The notes under the pieces: generated by a model | The model's input: only the letters and a program-made list of their open reading frames with translations | Databases searched by the model: none | What the model was told of the DNA's origin: nothing | Shown: positions 1-9,098 of the stretch, one piece after another | How the letters are laid out: the number at the start of each line of letters is the position of its first letter | Position numbering within the stretch: position 1 is the first letter of the stretch | Assembly (NCBI GenBank): GCA_038078835.1 | Contig: JBBTQI010000012.1 | Span: forward strand, 1 to 53,111 | From: Patescibacteria group bacterium | GTDB taxonomy: Bacteria; Patescibacteriota; UBA1384; XYA2-FULL-43-10; 1-14-0-10-43-13 | Length of the DNA: 53,111 bases | Direction of reading: 5' to 3' | Program-made: the position numbers and the translations under genes

Positions 1-1617
1 CAGGACTTGGGTGGGAGAGGAGATAGAGAGAGAGCCTTGGCCCGAGACGGAGGGAGTGATGGTGTGGTAGGTGGCGGGAGTGTAGGTTAAGACAAAGGCA
101 TTGAACTGTTTGGAGGTATGGGCCGGAGCACTGCCGCTGGCCGGCTGATAGACGGGAGAGCCGGTGTCGGGCAATGTTACTGATATCTCCGAACCATTGT
201 ATGTCCCGGTGGCAATGGGATCTCCGAAGTAGTTTTGAACATCTTTGATGGCGTAGGTGTCGCCTGAGCTAATACCTGTTCCCGAGAGGTCTGAGGACGA
301 CAGAGAGACGGAGTCAAGATTATCCCAGTTGTAGACAGTAATGTGAGAACGGTTAGATTCAAACTCATTGGGACGGACGGCCTTGACAGTGCCGGTGGGC
401 TGACCGCTTGTCAATGTGCTGCTTGCATCATACCCGGTGGCTGTTTTCCAGGCATCGAATTGCATATAACTACCATCATAAAAGGCGCTTGCACTACCGA
501 TCTGGTAGTAGGAGTTATTGTTCCAATTTTCAGAAACCATACCATCGACATTAGGTAAACGACCTACTAGTGCCAGACCCATAATGGTATTTCCCGTAAC
601 TTCGATGTTGTTAAAACGGCGGGAGAAGAGGCCGCGGTATTCGCCCTTCATTGCAATATAGTTGTTGTTGAACTTCATACTCTGGTGACCGCCGGTATAA
701 CCAAACTGGACGCCATTGGTATATTGTAGAGAGTTGTAAAGATAATTATTTAAAAATTGCAAGTTATTGGAGTTACCGGAACCGCCCAAAAGAACATCGC
801 CTTGGTTGCCACGGCCATTATTGATAAAGGTATTGCCCTGAACTAAGTAGTTATCAACACGAGCTATTTCCGACCCGTAAGCATGAATTCCGTATGCCCA
901 GTTATTAAAGATAAAGTTGTCACGAATGCCCTTGGTGCCATCGCCGTTCTGGGTGTAGATGCCATGATCAAGATTATCATCTTGCCTGCCATTCTCATAT
1001 ATCAGAGAACCATAAATTTCCGAGCTCGTTGCCGCCGACCAAAAACCGAACGCACTCGAACCATAAACATCATGAATAGTAAGATTTATAAAACGATTAT
1101 TGCTTGAAGTCAGGGTCCAAATGCCTGCGTCGCGTGCCGCGTCGTATCCCGGCCCGTAAGTAGGGTGCATAATGTCAAAGCCCCAATAGTCAATCCAGTT
1201 ACTGCCGTTAACCCTCAATTGCCCGTTAATTGTTGCTCTTTCACCTGAGTATTGTCTGACTGTAATACGGTTTCCCTCTGTTCCGTCCAAAGTACTATCA
1301 AATCTGGTAGTGCCATCTCCGTAAGTCCCTCCCCTCATCCAGACGGTATCTCCGGGTTGGATTGAATCTCCGGCACCGGCCAGGGCATAAGAGAGGTTCC
1401 AGGGAGAGTCGATACTTCCAGTATTGGATTGTTCTCCAGTTGGCGAAACATACCACTCGGTCGCGGCCCGGGCTGAATTAAGGGCTGGTCTTTGAGCAAT
1501 GTTGATGTTTGGTGCGGTCTCCAAAGGGTAAAACCAGCGCAGAGCGATAGCTAATAATAAAAATAGTGAGATGAGCCTTAATAGTCTGTTGGAGGCGATG
1601 CGTTTGATAGTAGTCAT
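1..1617 (-). CDS. Secreted right-handed parallel beta-helix protein (pectate-lyase-like fold), truncated by the left window edge
   Basis: Absent from the ORF track because no stop lies in the window. My translation of the 5' part from ATG 1617 gives MTTIKRIASNRLLRLISLFLLLAIAL (signal/TM), then EWYVSPTG..GSIDSPW..IQPGDTVWMRGGTY, a typical beta-helix N-terminus. The frame is in register with base 1. Confidence 0.8.
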   Translation of the reverse strand, partial: MTTIKRIASNRLLRLISLFLLLAIALRWFYPLETAPNINIAQRPALNSARAATEWYVSPTGEQSNTGSIDSPWNLSYALAGAGDSIQPGDTVWMRGGTYGDGTTRFDSTLDGTEGNRITVRQYSGERATINGQLRVNGSNWIDYWGFDIMHPTYGPGYDAARDAGIWTLTSSNNRFINLTIHDVYGSSAFGFWSAATSSEIYGSLIYENGRQDDNLDHGIYTQNGDGTKGIRDNFIFNNWAYGIHAYGSEIARVDNYLVQGNTFINNGRGNQGDVLLGGSGNSNNLQFLNNYLYNSLQYTNGVQFGYTGGHQSMKFNNNYIAMKGEYRGLFSRRFNNIEVTGNTIMGLALVGRLPNVDGMVSENWNNNSYYQIGSASAFYDGSYMQFDAWKTATGYDASSTLTSGQPTGTVKAVRPNEFESNRSHITVYNWDNLDSVSLSSSDLSGTGISSGDTYAIKDVQNYFGDPIATGTYNGSEISVTLPDTGSPVYQPASGSAPAHTSKQFNAFVLTYTPATYHTITPSVSGQGSLSISSPTQVL

Positions 1618-1755
1618 TCTTCTTTGTCTTACGTCTGACGGTTACGGTTACGAGGCTCGTATCGTTTAGGGTCTTTGGGTAACGTCATAGGCCGCAACCG
1701 ACAAACGCGAACCAAAACGGGCCTCGTTACCCTTAAACGATTAACGTGGCCGGCG

Positions 1756-3066
1756 TTAAAGCTGGGTGAAGCCGGGATTTTCCGGCAGTTCCCAGGTGGC
1801 GAAGGTTGCATTACTCCCCTCTTTCTCCTCAATCTCCATAAGCCGGTTATACTTGGCAATCCGGTCGGAGCGGCAGGGGGCGCCGGCCTTAATAGCGCCG
1901 CAACCGGCGGCCACAGCCAAATCGGCAATAAAATCATCCTCGGTCTCACCGGAACGATGCGAAACAATCACCTTAAATCCGGCGCTCTCGGCGATCTTGA
2001 TCGCGTCGAGCGTCTCGCTCAATGTGCCGATCTGGTTGGGTTTAATCAGAATGCCGGTTGAAGCATGATAATCGATGCCGCGCCCCAGGAGTTCGGTATT
2101 GGTGGCATAGAGGTCGTCGCCAATCACCTCGACCCTGTTGCCGATTCGGGCCGTGAGATTTTGCCAACCCTCCCAATCGCCCTCATCCAAACCGTCTTCA
2201 ATCGAGACGATGGGATACTTTTCAATCCAACTCTCGTAGAAGTCAGTCATTTTTTGCGATGTCATCGATCTGTTCTCACGATGCAATTGATAGAGGTCGT
2301 TGGAGTAAAAACGGCTGGCGGCCGGATCAAGGGCGATGAAGACATCCTCGCCGGCGTGGTAGTTGGCTTCGCGAATCGCCATCATCAGAAGCTCCATTGC
2401 TTGCTCGTTAGAGAAGAGGGCCGGGGCAAAGCCGCCTTCGTCGCCGACCAGCGGCTGGTAGCTTCTCTCGGCGAGGATTTTACCCAAGGCGTGATAAATT
2501 TCTGAGCCAACGCGGATTGCTTCGTGAAAGTTAGGAAATTTAATCGGAACGATCATAAATTCTTGGAAATCAGTTGAGCCGACAGCGTGTTTGCCGCCGT
2601 TTAAAATATTGAGGAGCGGAATGGGCAGGGTAATTTTATCGGTCGGCTTACCGAGCAGTGCCGCCAGGTAGCGGTAAAAGGAGAGATGTTCGCTCTTTGA
2701 GGCCGCTTTGGCCGCGGCCAGGGAGACGGCCAGGGTGGCGTTGGCGCCTAACTTTGATTTATTGGGTGTTCCGTCAAGCTCGCGCATTTTCTGATCAATG
2801 GCAGCGAGATTACCGATGTCGGCACCGGCAAGAGCTGATTTAATCGGCCCGTTAACATTGGCAACGGCCTTTAAGACGCCCCGCCCGCCGTAGCGATTGG
2901 GATCGTTGTCTCGAAGCTCAAGCGCTTCGTGTTCGCCCGTCGAAGCGCCCGAAGGAACAAAGCCGATGGCGTGGGCATCATTGTCAAGAATCACCTCGCA
3001 GGCTACAGTCGGATTGCCGCGGGAGTCAAGAATCTCCCGCGCCATCAAGTCTTTAATCTTGGCCAT
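1756..3066 (-). CDS. eno: Enolase (phosphopyruvate hydratase)
   Basis: Motifs REILDSRGNPTV, VPSGASTG, GDEGGFAP, SHRSGETED. AAGGAGG RBS precedes ATG 3066. Confidence 0.98.
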   Translation of the reverse strand: MAKIKDLMAREILDSRGNPTVACEVILDNDAHAIGFVPSGASTGEHEALELRDNDPNRYGGRGVLKAVANVNGPIKSALAGADIGNLAAIDQKMRELDGTPNKSKLGANATLAVSLAAAKAASKSEHLSFYRYLAALLGKPTDKITLPIPLLNILNGGKHAVGSTDFQEFMIVPIKFPNFHEAIRVGSEIYHALGKILAERSYQPLVGDEGGFAPALFSNEQAMELLMMAIREANYHAGEDVFIALDPAASRFYSNDLYQLHRENRSMTSQKMTDFYESWIEKYPIVSIEDGLDEGDWEGWQNLTARIGNRVEVIGDDLYATNTELLGRGIDYHASTGILIKPNQIGTLSETLDAIKIAESAGFKVIVSHRSGETEDDFIADLAVAAGCGAIKAGAPCRSDRIAKYNRLMEIEEKEGSNATFATWELPENPGFTQL

Positions 3067-3171
3067 AAACCTCCTTACTTGTAAATTCCAAAATTCAAAT
3101 TCCAAAAAACAAAAATAAGGTATCTTGGGAGTTGTTATTTGTGATTTGTTGTTTCCGAATAATCCGGGGGA

Positions 3172-4356
3172 TTATTCGGCGGTGGCTGTTCCGTCGGGCG
3201 GGACGACGGCGATCCAGAAACGACCGCGGTTAAAGATGATCTCATTGCCGCTCTCGTCATAAAAGAGCTCGCGATCCGCCTTGCTTGCTTTTTTCCATGT
3301 TCCCTCTATCATTTTGCCGTCAAGAAATATCTTTGCCTTACCTCCGCCGACAATATCCATATCCCAGCCCGGTTCATTGATGCGGGTAACGGTCGCCCGC
3401 CGGTCGACAGTCATAGCAACAATATTCTTGGCGGTTATCTGGTTCTTGGTGATCTGATCGGTGTGAACTGAGCCGGCCATTTTGCGCTTGTAGCTGTTTG
3501 TCTCTCGGTCATAATCAAACTCAATCGCATATTGGGCGGAGGAAAAGTTTATCTTGGCTTTTTGGGATTGCGGCAGAGCGTCTTGTTCGGCCGCCGTGGG
3601 ATCATCCTTAAATTTAAAGACATTAAAGTTGTTGGCGGTTGAATAACCGTTCGTCTTGGCCTGTTCCCGAAGTTTGGTCGTTGAGGTGTACATAGTGTGT
3701 TCGGAGGCGACACTGCGGTTGCGGTCCCGCCAATAAGAGGAGGGGTAGGTAAACTGATCCAGATCAAGACTCTTCTCGGCCTTGATCTGGTCAAGCGCGT
3801 CAATGTTGCCGCCAACGTGAGATAAATAAGCATTATAACCCGAGGCCCAGTCGATAAAGTAGGTTCGAACCGAGCGGACCGGCCCAACCTTCTCGGCCTC
3901 CTCGGTACCATAGATTGCCATAAAACGGGTAATGCCACCCTCGGCGATTGCTTCGTAAACGATACTGGCCTTATCGAGGCCGGCTTGGGGACGAGCATCC
4001 GGATGATTTTCCACAATAACGGCCAGGGGGTGGCGACTCGCCGCTTCGGCCGAGGTCATAACACCGTCAAGGGGGGCTTGGTCGTTTCCGCTGGCGACAA
4101 TTGTTGCGGGTTTTTCCACCTTAATCTCATCTGTCTTAACCGCGACATCGCGCGTCATAAAGTAGAGTCCAACGGCAAAAAGAGCAATTGTGACCAGACC
4201 GAAAACACTCAGGACAAGCAGGCGTTTTTTGGGATCAACAAGATAAAGAGCAATCCGTTGCCTTATGTGAGTGAGCTTTTCTTTTAGGCCGCGCTTGTGA
4301 GTTGGCGGCTGACTGCTTTCGCCGGGCACATACTCTGTTAGGTCGATATCGGTCAT
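3172..4356 (-). CDS. DUF3048 (YerB-like) membrane-anchored protein
   Basis: N-terminal TM, then VENHPDARPQAGL, AEGGITRF, GPVRS. Confidence 0.9.
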   Translation of the reverse strand: MTDIDLTEYVPGESSQPPTHKRGLKEKLTHIRQRIALYLVDPKKRLLVLSVFGLVTIALFAVGLYFMTRDVAVKTDEIKVEKPATIVASGNDQAPLDGVMTSAEAASRHPLAVIVENHPDARPQAGLDKASIVYEAIAEGGITRFMAIYGTEEAEKVGPVRSVRTYFIDWASGYNAYLSHVGGNIDALDQIKAEKSLDLDQFTYPSSYWRDRNRSVASEHTMYTSTTKLREQAKTNGYSTANNFNVFKFKDDPTAAEQDALPQSQKAKINFSSAQYAIEFDYDRETNSYKRKMAGSVHTDQITKNQITAKNIVAMTVDRRATVTRINEPGWDMDIVGGGKAKIFLDGKMIEGTWKKASKADRELFYDESGNEIIFNRGRFWIAVVPPDGTATAE

Positions 4357-4393
4357 TTCCCTCTCCTTTGTTTAAGGTTTTGTTTGTCTTAAT

Positions 4394-5323
4394 TTAATGC
4401 CAGTCGGCAATAATGCCCCGCCGCCCGGTCAGGTGCTGGGTATAGTCAAAGGCGGCCAGAGCCGCTTTGGCGCCCTCGCCCGCGGCCACAACGATCTGCT
4501 TGTAGGGGGTTGGCGTCAGGTCGCCCGCCGCAAAAATTCCCGGAACCGAGGTTTGCTGATTGACCGGATTGATCACAACCTGATTTTGAGCATCAAGTTC
4601 AACCAGTTCCTGGACAAGCGATCTGTCAACAAAAAAACCGACCTCCACCATAACTCCGTCAACGTTAATCTTGCGCCCGTCCTTTAGTCGGATTGATTCA
4701 ACCTTATCCTGTCCCAGGATCTCTGCCACCTCTGCCTCCAGGATTTTGGCGATATTGGGGGCGGCATTCACCTGATCAATCAGGTGTTGCTCTCCCCGGA
4801 ATTCGTTCCGGCGGTGGATTAGATAAACTTTTTTGGCAATTTTTGAGGTCAGGACGGCCGCGTCGAGAGCGGAGTTGCCGCCGCCGACAACGGCGACGTC
4901 TTTGCCCTTAAAAAAGGGGGCGTCGCAGGTCGCGCAGTATGTTACCCCCCGCCCGCTTAGGGCCTCTTCTCCGGGCACGCCGAGTTCACGCGGCTTTTTG
5001 CCAAAGGCCAGGATAACTGCTTTGGCCGTGTATTCATTTTGGGCGGTTTTGATCCGAAAGGCACCCTCCCCCTCTTTTTTGATCTCTTTTACGGACTCGG
5101 TTTTAATCTCTGCGCCGAACTTCTGGGCTTGATCGCGAAAGCGCTTTGCTAAGTCGTAACCGCTGATGAGATCAAAGCCCGGATAGTTCTCGATATCAAG
5201 CGTCCGGGTGACCTGACCGCCGACATCATTGCAGAGAACCAGCGTTTTTAAGGCGCGCCGGCTGGTGTAAATTGCCGCCGCCAATCCGGACGGTCCGGCA
5301 CCGATAATAATAACATCGTACAT
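4394..5323 (-). CDS. trxB: Thioredoxin-disulfide reductase
   Basis: Motifs GAGPSG, CATCD, GGGNSA, GIFAAGD. Start placed at MYDVIII. Confidence 0.93.
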   Translation of the reverse strand: MYDVIIIGAGPSGLAAAIYTSRRALKTLVLCNDVGGQVTRTLDIENYPGFDLISGYDLAKRFRDQAQKFGAEIKTESVKEIKKEGEGAFRIKTAQNEYTAKAVILAFGKKPRELGVPGEEALSGRGVTYCATCDAPFFKGKDVAVVGGGNSALDAAVLTSKIAKKVYLIHRRNEFRGEQHLIDQVNAAPNIAKILEAEVAEILGQDKVESIRLKDGRKINVDGVMVEVGFFVDRSLVQELVELDAQNQVVINPVNQQTSVPGIFAAGDLTPTPYKQIVVAAGEGAKAALAAFDYTQHLTGRRGIIADWH

Positions 5324-5336
5324 TCGCTCTCCAAAC

Positions 5337-5600
5337 TTAACCAAGAGCGCCCTGGGCTCTTGTTAATAGAAATTTTACCACAAGCCAAAGCAGATTAGCA
5401 ACGTGTTTAGCTGCCGGCCAAGTTCCCGGCAGAAAAACAAGCAAACCGGCGACAAAGATCCAGTGGCCGCTGCGGATAACACCAAAAACCTGCCAGACCA
5501 AAAAGACAAGCAACAGAATCGCAACCAGGGCTTGGCCGGTTGGTGCCAGGCCGGCCGTAACCCTGTCGTAATAACCAAAAATTAAATCCAAATATTGCAT
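5337..5600 (-). CDS. Small membrane protein
   Basis: About 87 aa with 2-3 hydrophobic segments, tightly packed in the operon. Confidence 0.7.
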   Translation of the reverse strand: MQYLDLIFGYYDRVTAGLAPTGQALVAILLLVFLVWQVFGVIRSGHWIFVAGLLVFLPGTWPAAKHVANLLWLVVKFLLTRAQGALG

Positions 5601-5601
5601 T

Positions 5602-6375
5602 TTACTTGTCCCCGACAACGACAACGATATTGTTATCATCTGCAACAGTGTCGGAGAGGGTTAATTCGGTTTCACGGCCGGAGAGGGTTTCCTGAACAAG
5701 TTTTGCCTCGTTTTCTTTGCCGGTTTGGTGGTAGATAATTGTCTTAACATAGTTAAAATTGGCGGCATTGCTGACACCGGCTATCTTAAAACCGGCTTGT
5801 TTGATGGTTTGGCTGACGCTTTGGGCCGAACCTTTGATGCCGTTGCCGTTTAGAACTCTAACAGTAACTTGACCTTTGTCAATAGTCGGCGCGGCCGGGA
5901 CCGGACTCTCTGGTGTCGGCTTGGCTGGGGCACTCTCTGTCAGTTCGTCCTGTGTCGCGATTTCGCCGTTATAGTTTTGCTCGTCTGATGAGACGGCCTG
6001 GGGTTCGCTCTCTGCCCGAAAGAGACCGGAGTAGTTTTGGTAGAGGGCATAACCGATCACGGCGGTAAAAACCAGAAGCCAAAGGAGAATGATCCAGGCC
6101 GTTTTGGTGTTGCGGCCGTGATGTCCGGCAACAATCACCTCATCTTTTCGGTGGCGGGGAAGATCACTAAAAAATTGATCCTCGAGCTGCCGGCGTTCCG
6201 GGTTTGAGGTTTCAAATAATTTGGCGGCGCCTGTTTCCGGCGGCGCCTTTATTGCTCCTGCCGCCTCGGCGCTCTCCGGGGCAACTTTGTTTGTTGTTTC
6301 TGTCTGGCGCTCTGTTTTTGTTTTCTCCGCCCGATATGACGGATGTTTCGGCCGGATATCGTTGGCAATACCCAC
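5602..6375 (-). CDS. LytR C-terminal (LytR_C) domain membrane protein
   Basis: One TM, then VRVLNGNGIKGSA...YVKTIIY...IVVVVG. Start placed at GTG 6375 after a GGAGGGG RBS; the ORF-track extension to 6438 crosses a palindrome. Confidence 0.85.
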   Translation of the reverse strand: MGIANDIRPKHPSYRAEKTKTERQTETTNKVAPESAEAAGAIKAPPETGAAKLFETSNPERRQLEDQFFSDLPRHRKDEVIVAGHHGRNTKTAWIILLWLLVFTAVIGYALYQNYSGLFRAESEPQAVSSDEQNYNGEIATQDELTESAPAKPTPESPVPAAPTIDKGQVTVRVLNGNGIKGSAQSVSQTIKQAGFKIAGVSNAANFNYVKTIIYHQTGKENEAKLVQETLSGRETELTLSDTVADDNNIVVVVGDK

Positions 6376-6414
6376 AATTCCCCTCCGCTTCCCAACCACA
6401 AATGGATGACTAAT

Positions 6415-6538
6415 TCCGCCAACCGGCGGACCAAACAACTAATGACGAATAGTCCGATTTTGCTCACCATAAGCATTGGTCATTCGTCATTTGGTCTATT
6501 CGCCTGCCTGCTGTCGGCAGACATGGCCGGCCGGCAGG
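6415..6538. repeat. Intergenic cluster of REP-like palindromes
   Basis: TCCGCCAACCGGCGGA at 6415-6430 (identical copy at 11809-11824), AATGACGAAT/ATTCGTCATT inverted pair, and CCTGCC...GGCAGG at 6503-6538. Confidence 0.7.
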
Positions 6539-6560
6539 TTATCCCTTCCCGGGTTACATT

Positions 6561-7484
6561 TTACCCCTGTTTTTGTTTTTTGGCAAAATTTTCGTGCATT
6601 TTAAAAGAGATAATATGTTCCCGCCAGTCATCGCCGGCGATAATATGCTCTTTTTTACCGGCGCCAAGAAGCGAGAGGTAGCCGACATCAGCGGTATCAA
6701 TGCCCATTAATTGGCAAGCGAGCCAATCGGCCGCAACAGGGTTGGCTCCGGCAATGGCGTAATGAGCCGGCACCATTGTGCCGTTAATCGGACCGTTACC
6801 CTCCATTGCGGCATAAGCGTCAAGGACGGCAAGTTTTAGGGGAATTTTTTCATAGAGGCGTTTAATGTTTTCATTAATCGCGGCGTCGCCCTGATGAATA
6901 GCCGATTTGTGGTTCAGCCGGCGGCGAAACAGGCGGTTGGCAAGGCGGAAAGCGAAGCTGTTGCTTGGCCGGGCCAAGCTTCCCACCGCCACATTCTTAA
7001 TTGCGCCCGTGTAGGCGACAACATTGTGGGTTTTTGGCGGCGAAACGGAGATGAGATAGTCGGCACCAATAAGCGTTCGGGCCACTTTGGCCAACCAGGG
7101 CTTGCCGCGGCGGTCAACTAACTCAACTGTCTCGTATTCATCAGTGTTGAGGTCAGTGACGGCAAAACCGTAGATGCCCTGGAGCTTGAAGTAGCCAAAG
7201 TTTTCGAATGCCCTCATTGTCTCGCCAACCGCCGTGCCCTCGGCCAAGGTAACCTGATGCTCCACATACGGCTGGATAAAGCTAAGAACGGCGTTAAGCG
7301 CTTGAGCGTGAGTAGCCGCAAGCTGGACATTGTCGGTCACGCAATTGGGCTTGATTACCACCTTCTTGGCGTCGCGCAGGCCGTTAATAATCTCACTTTT
7401 GATTAAGGAGAGGGCTCGATCAATGTTGTAACTCCGGTCATCCGATTTTATAAAGGCTACTTTAGACATTTTATCTTTTCTCAT
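6561..7484 (-). CDS. DUF362 family protein
   Basis: Motifs VVIKPN, KTH..GAIKN, AMEGNGP..G, NPVAAD..QLMG. The start may be the second Met (7469). Confidence 0.85.
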   Translation of the reverse strand: MRKDKMSKVAFIKSDDRSYNIDRALSLIKSEIINGLRDAKKVVIKPNCVTDNVQLAATHAQALNAVLSFIQPYVEHQVTLAEGTAVGETMRAFENFGYFKLQGIYGFAVTDLNTDEYETVELVDRRGKPWLAKVARTLIGADYLISVSPPKTHNVVAYTGAIKNVAVGSLARPSNSFAFRLANRLFRRRLNHKSAIHQGDAAINENIKRLYEKIPLKLAVLDAYAAMEGNGPINGTMVPAHYAIAGANPVAADWLACQLMGIDTADVGYLSLLGAGKKEHIIAGDDWREHIISFKMHENFAKKQKQG

Positions 7485-8080
7485 CGCTTGGACACAAATG
7501 GGCTGTCCTTAATATAAAAGCGCCAGGGAAGATCCTTGGAGTCCTTGGCGTAATCGACGCCGATGCGGGTTGTTGTCGCGATCTTGAATTCGGTTCCTGC
7601 CGGCGATCTCGTAAGATAAAGGTGCGGCGAGGCCGCAAGATCAGTACCGTTGTGCCCGGTATCAATCCCCAGGGCAAGGGAGAATTTGCCCGGACCCGTT
7701 GCCGGCTGTTCGTTTAGCTTGACGAACTTGCTTTGGGCCAGGTTGCGGCGAGCAATCACCTCGCCCGCGACGATCTCGGCGGCTCTGATTAAGGCGGCAC
7801 TCGCCTCTCCGGTTTTGCCGCAAACAATGTTGGCTAAACTAAAGATACCATAGATTTTGTAAACATATAGAACACCTGCCGGGCCAAACATAATTTGGCT
7901 GCGCGGCGTCGGGCCGAAGCGGGCGTGCGAGGCCAGGTCGGTCGCATCGCCGTAGGCTTCGGTTTCAACAATCCTCCCAACAATCTGATTTGATTTGAGA
8001 TTTTGTACAAAAAAACAGCCGAGCAGATCCTTGGCGACAGCGACAGCATCTCGCTCGAAAAAAGAGCGGTCTAGCCTCAT
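7481..8080 (-). CDS. mpg: DNA-3-methyladenine glycosylase (MPG/AAG family)
   Basis: Motifs GRIVETEAY, ASHA, YVYKIYG, GPGK, RIGV..PWRFY. Confidence 0.93.
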   Translation of the reverse strand: MRLDRSFFERDAVAVAKDLLGCFFVQNLKSNQIVGRIVETEAYGDATDLASHARFGPTPRSQIMFGPAGVLYVYKIYGIFSLANIVCGKTGEASAALIRAAEIVAGEVIARRNLAQSKFVKLNEQPATGPGKFSLALGIDTGHNGTDLAASPHLYLTRSPAGTEFKIATTTRIGVDYAKDSKDLPWRFYIKDSPFVSKR

Positions 8081-8244
8081 GCTCTGTTTTCGTGCTTCTC
8101 GACGAATTGTTTGATACTCTCAATATTCTCCAGAATCAGCTTCGCCTTCTTGAGACCAAACTGAAACGGGTATTTGTCCTCCTCTGATGTTTTAATCACT
8201 AGCATCGGATTGCCCTTGAACTCCGATTCCCCTATTGTGGCCAT
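8077..8244 (-). CDS. Small hypothetical protein (~55 aa)
   Basis: GGAGG RBS before ATG 8244; its stop overlaps the mpg start (ATGA). Sequence SEFKGNPMLVI..DKYPFQFGLKKAKLILENIESIKQFV. Confidence 0.8.
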   Translation of the reverse strand: MATIGESEFKGNPMLVIKTSEEDKYPFQFGLKKAKLILENIESIKQFVEKHENRA

Positions 8245-8354
8245 AGCGTTTCCTCCCATTATTGCGACAAAGCGCGAGAGTCATTTTTTCATTAAGCGCG
8301 CTACAATCAATTATACCAGAACCTGCTAACGTCCGCGTTCACAATTAACACCGG

Positions 8355-8960
8355 TTAAAACTTGCGGATCACTCCCCTGACCTTACCCTGGATGGCGACG
8401 CGGCTTTTGGCGAAGCGCAGGGGCTTCATTGTTTTGTTGGCCGGTTGAAGACGGATCTTGCCCTTGTCGTCATAGAAACGCTTCAGCGTCGCGTTTTGAT
8501 TGTCGATGAGGGCGACGACAATATCACCATTGCGCGCGGAGGAGGTTTGCTCAATGATAATATAGTCGCCGTCAAGGATGCCGTCATCGATCATCGATTC
8601 GCCCCGAACACGCAGGGCAAAGGTGCGCCGCCCCATCATATCACGGGGGATGTCAATCGTCTCGCTTGTCCGGATGGCCTCAATTGGCCGGCCGGCGTCG
8701 ATAACACCCTCAAGCGGGATATTAAAGGTCTCGGCGCCGTCATCAAAGGCGGGGGTCAGCTGGATGGCTCGCGCCTCCATTGCCTCTCTGGTGATATAGC
8801 CCTTCTCGGCGAGGATGCTAATATATTCAGCAATAGTGCCGGTTGAGGAGAGTTCAAAATAGTGCCCGATCTCTCGATAGCTTGGCGCGTAGCCATTCTC
8901 ATCGATAAAGCTCCGGATGTAGTCCAAGATCTCTTTTTGCCGCTTGGTTAGAGGCCCCAC
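8355..8960 (-). CDS. lexA: SOS repressor LexA
   Basis: wHTH (LTKRQKEILDYI, PSYREIG), Ala-Gly cleavage site, catalytic Ser (GESM) and Lys (TLKRF). GTG start after AAGGAG. Confidence 0.95.
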   Translation of the reverse strand: MGPLTKRQKEILDYIRSFIDENGYAPSYREIGHYFELSSTGTIAEYISILAEKGYITREAMEARAIQLTPAFDDGAETFNIPLEGVIDAGRPIEAIRTSETIDIPRDMMGRRTFALRVRGESMIDDGILDGDYIIIEQTSSARNGDIVVALIDNQNATLKRFYDDKGKIRLQPANKTMKPLRFAKSRVAIQGKVRGVIRKF

Positions 8961-8971
8961 TCCATCTCCTT

Positions 8972-9042
8972 TCGTCTTTTGTTCGACACCTCCATTATCA
9001 AACAAAGGCCGAACGCTTGTCAACCCCGCCGGTTGTGGATAA
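8972..9042 (-). promoter_or_regulatory. lexA promoter with candidate operator sites and a DnaA box
   Basis: TTGACA (9023-9018), 18 bp spacer, GATAAT (8999-8994). Related 14-mers at 8972-8985 and 8999-9012. Consensus DnaA box TTATCCACA at 9034-9042. Confidence 0.6.
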
Positions 9043-9098
9043 CTTTTTGTCTTGTCGCAAATCTGAGATTATTTGAGGGGCGCAGCCGGTTTGCCCCG

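Noticed and set aside
177-2505. Short ORFs at 177, 343, 883, 1629, 1675, 1766 and 2065
   Set aside because: They are antisense or off-frame overlaps of the beta-helix gene and eno. The same applies to most short ORFs nested in housekeeping genes across the window.
9034-9042. Replication origin
   Set aside because: Only one DnaA box was seen, with no box cluster and no dnaA or dnaN nearby.
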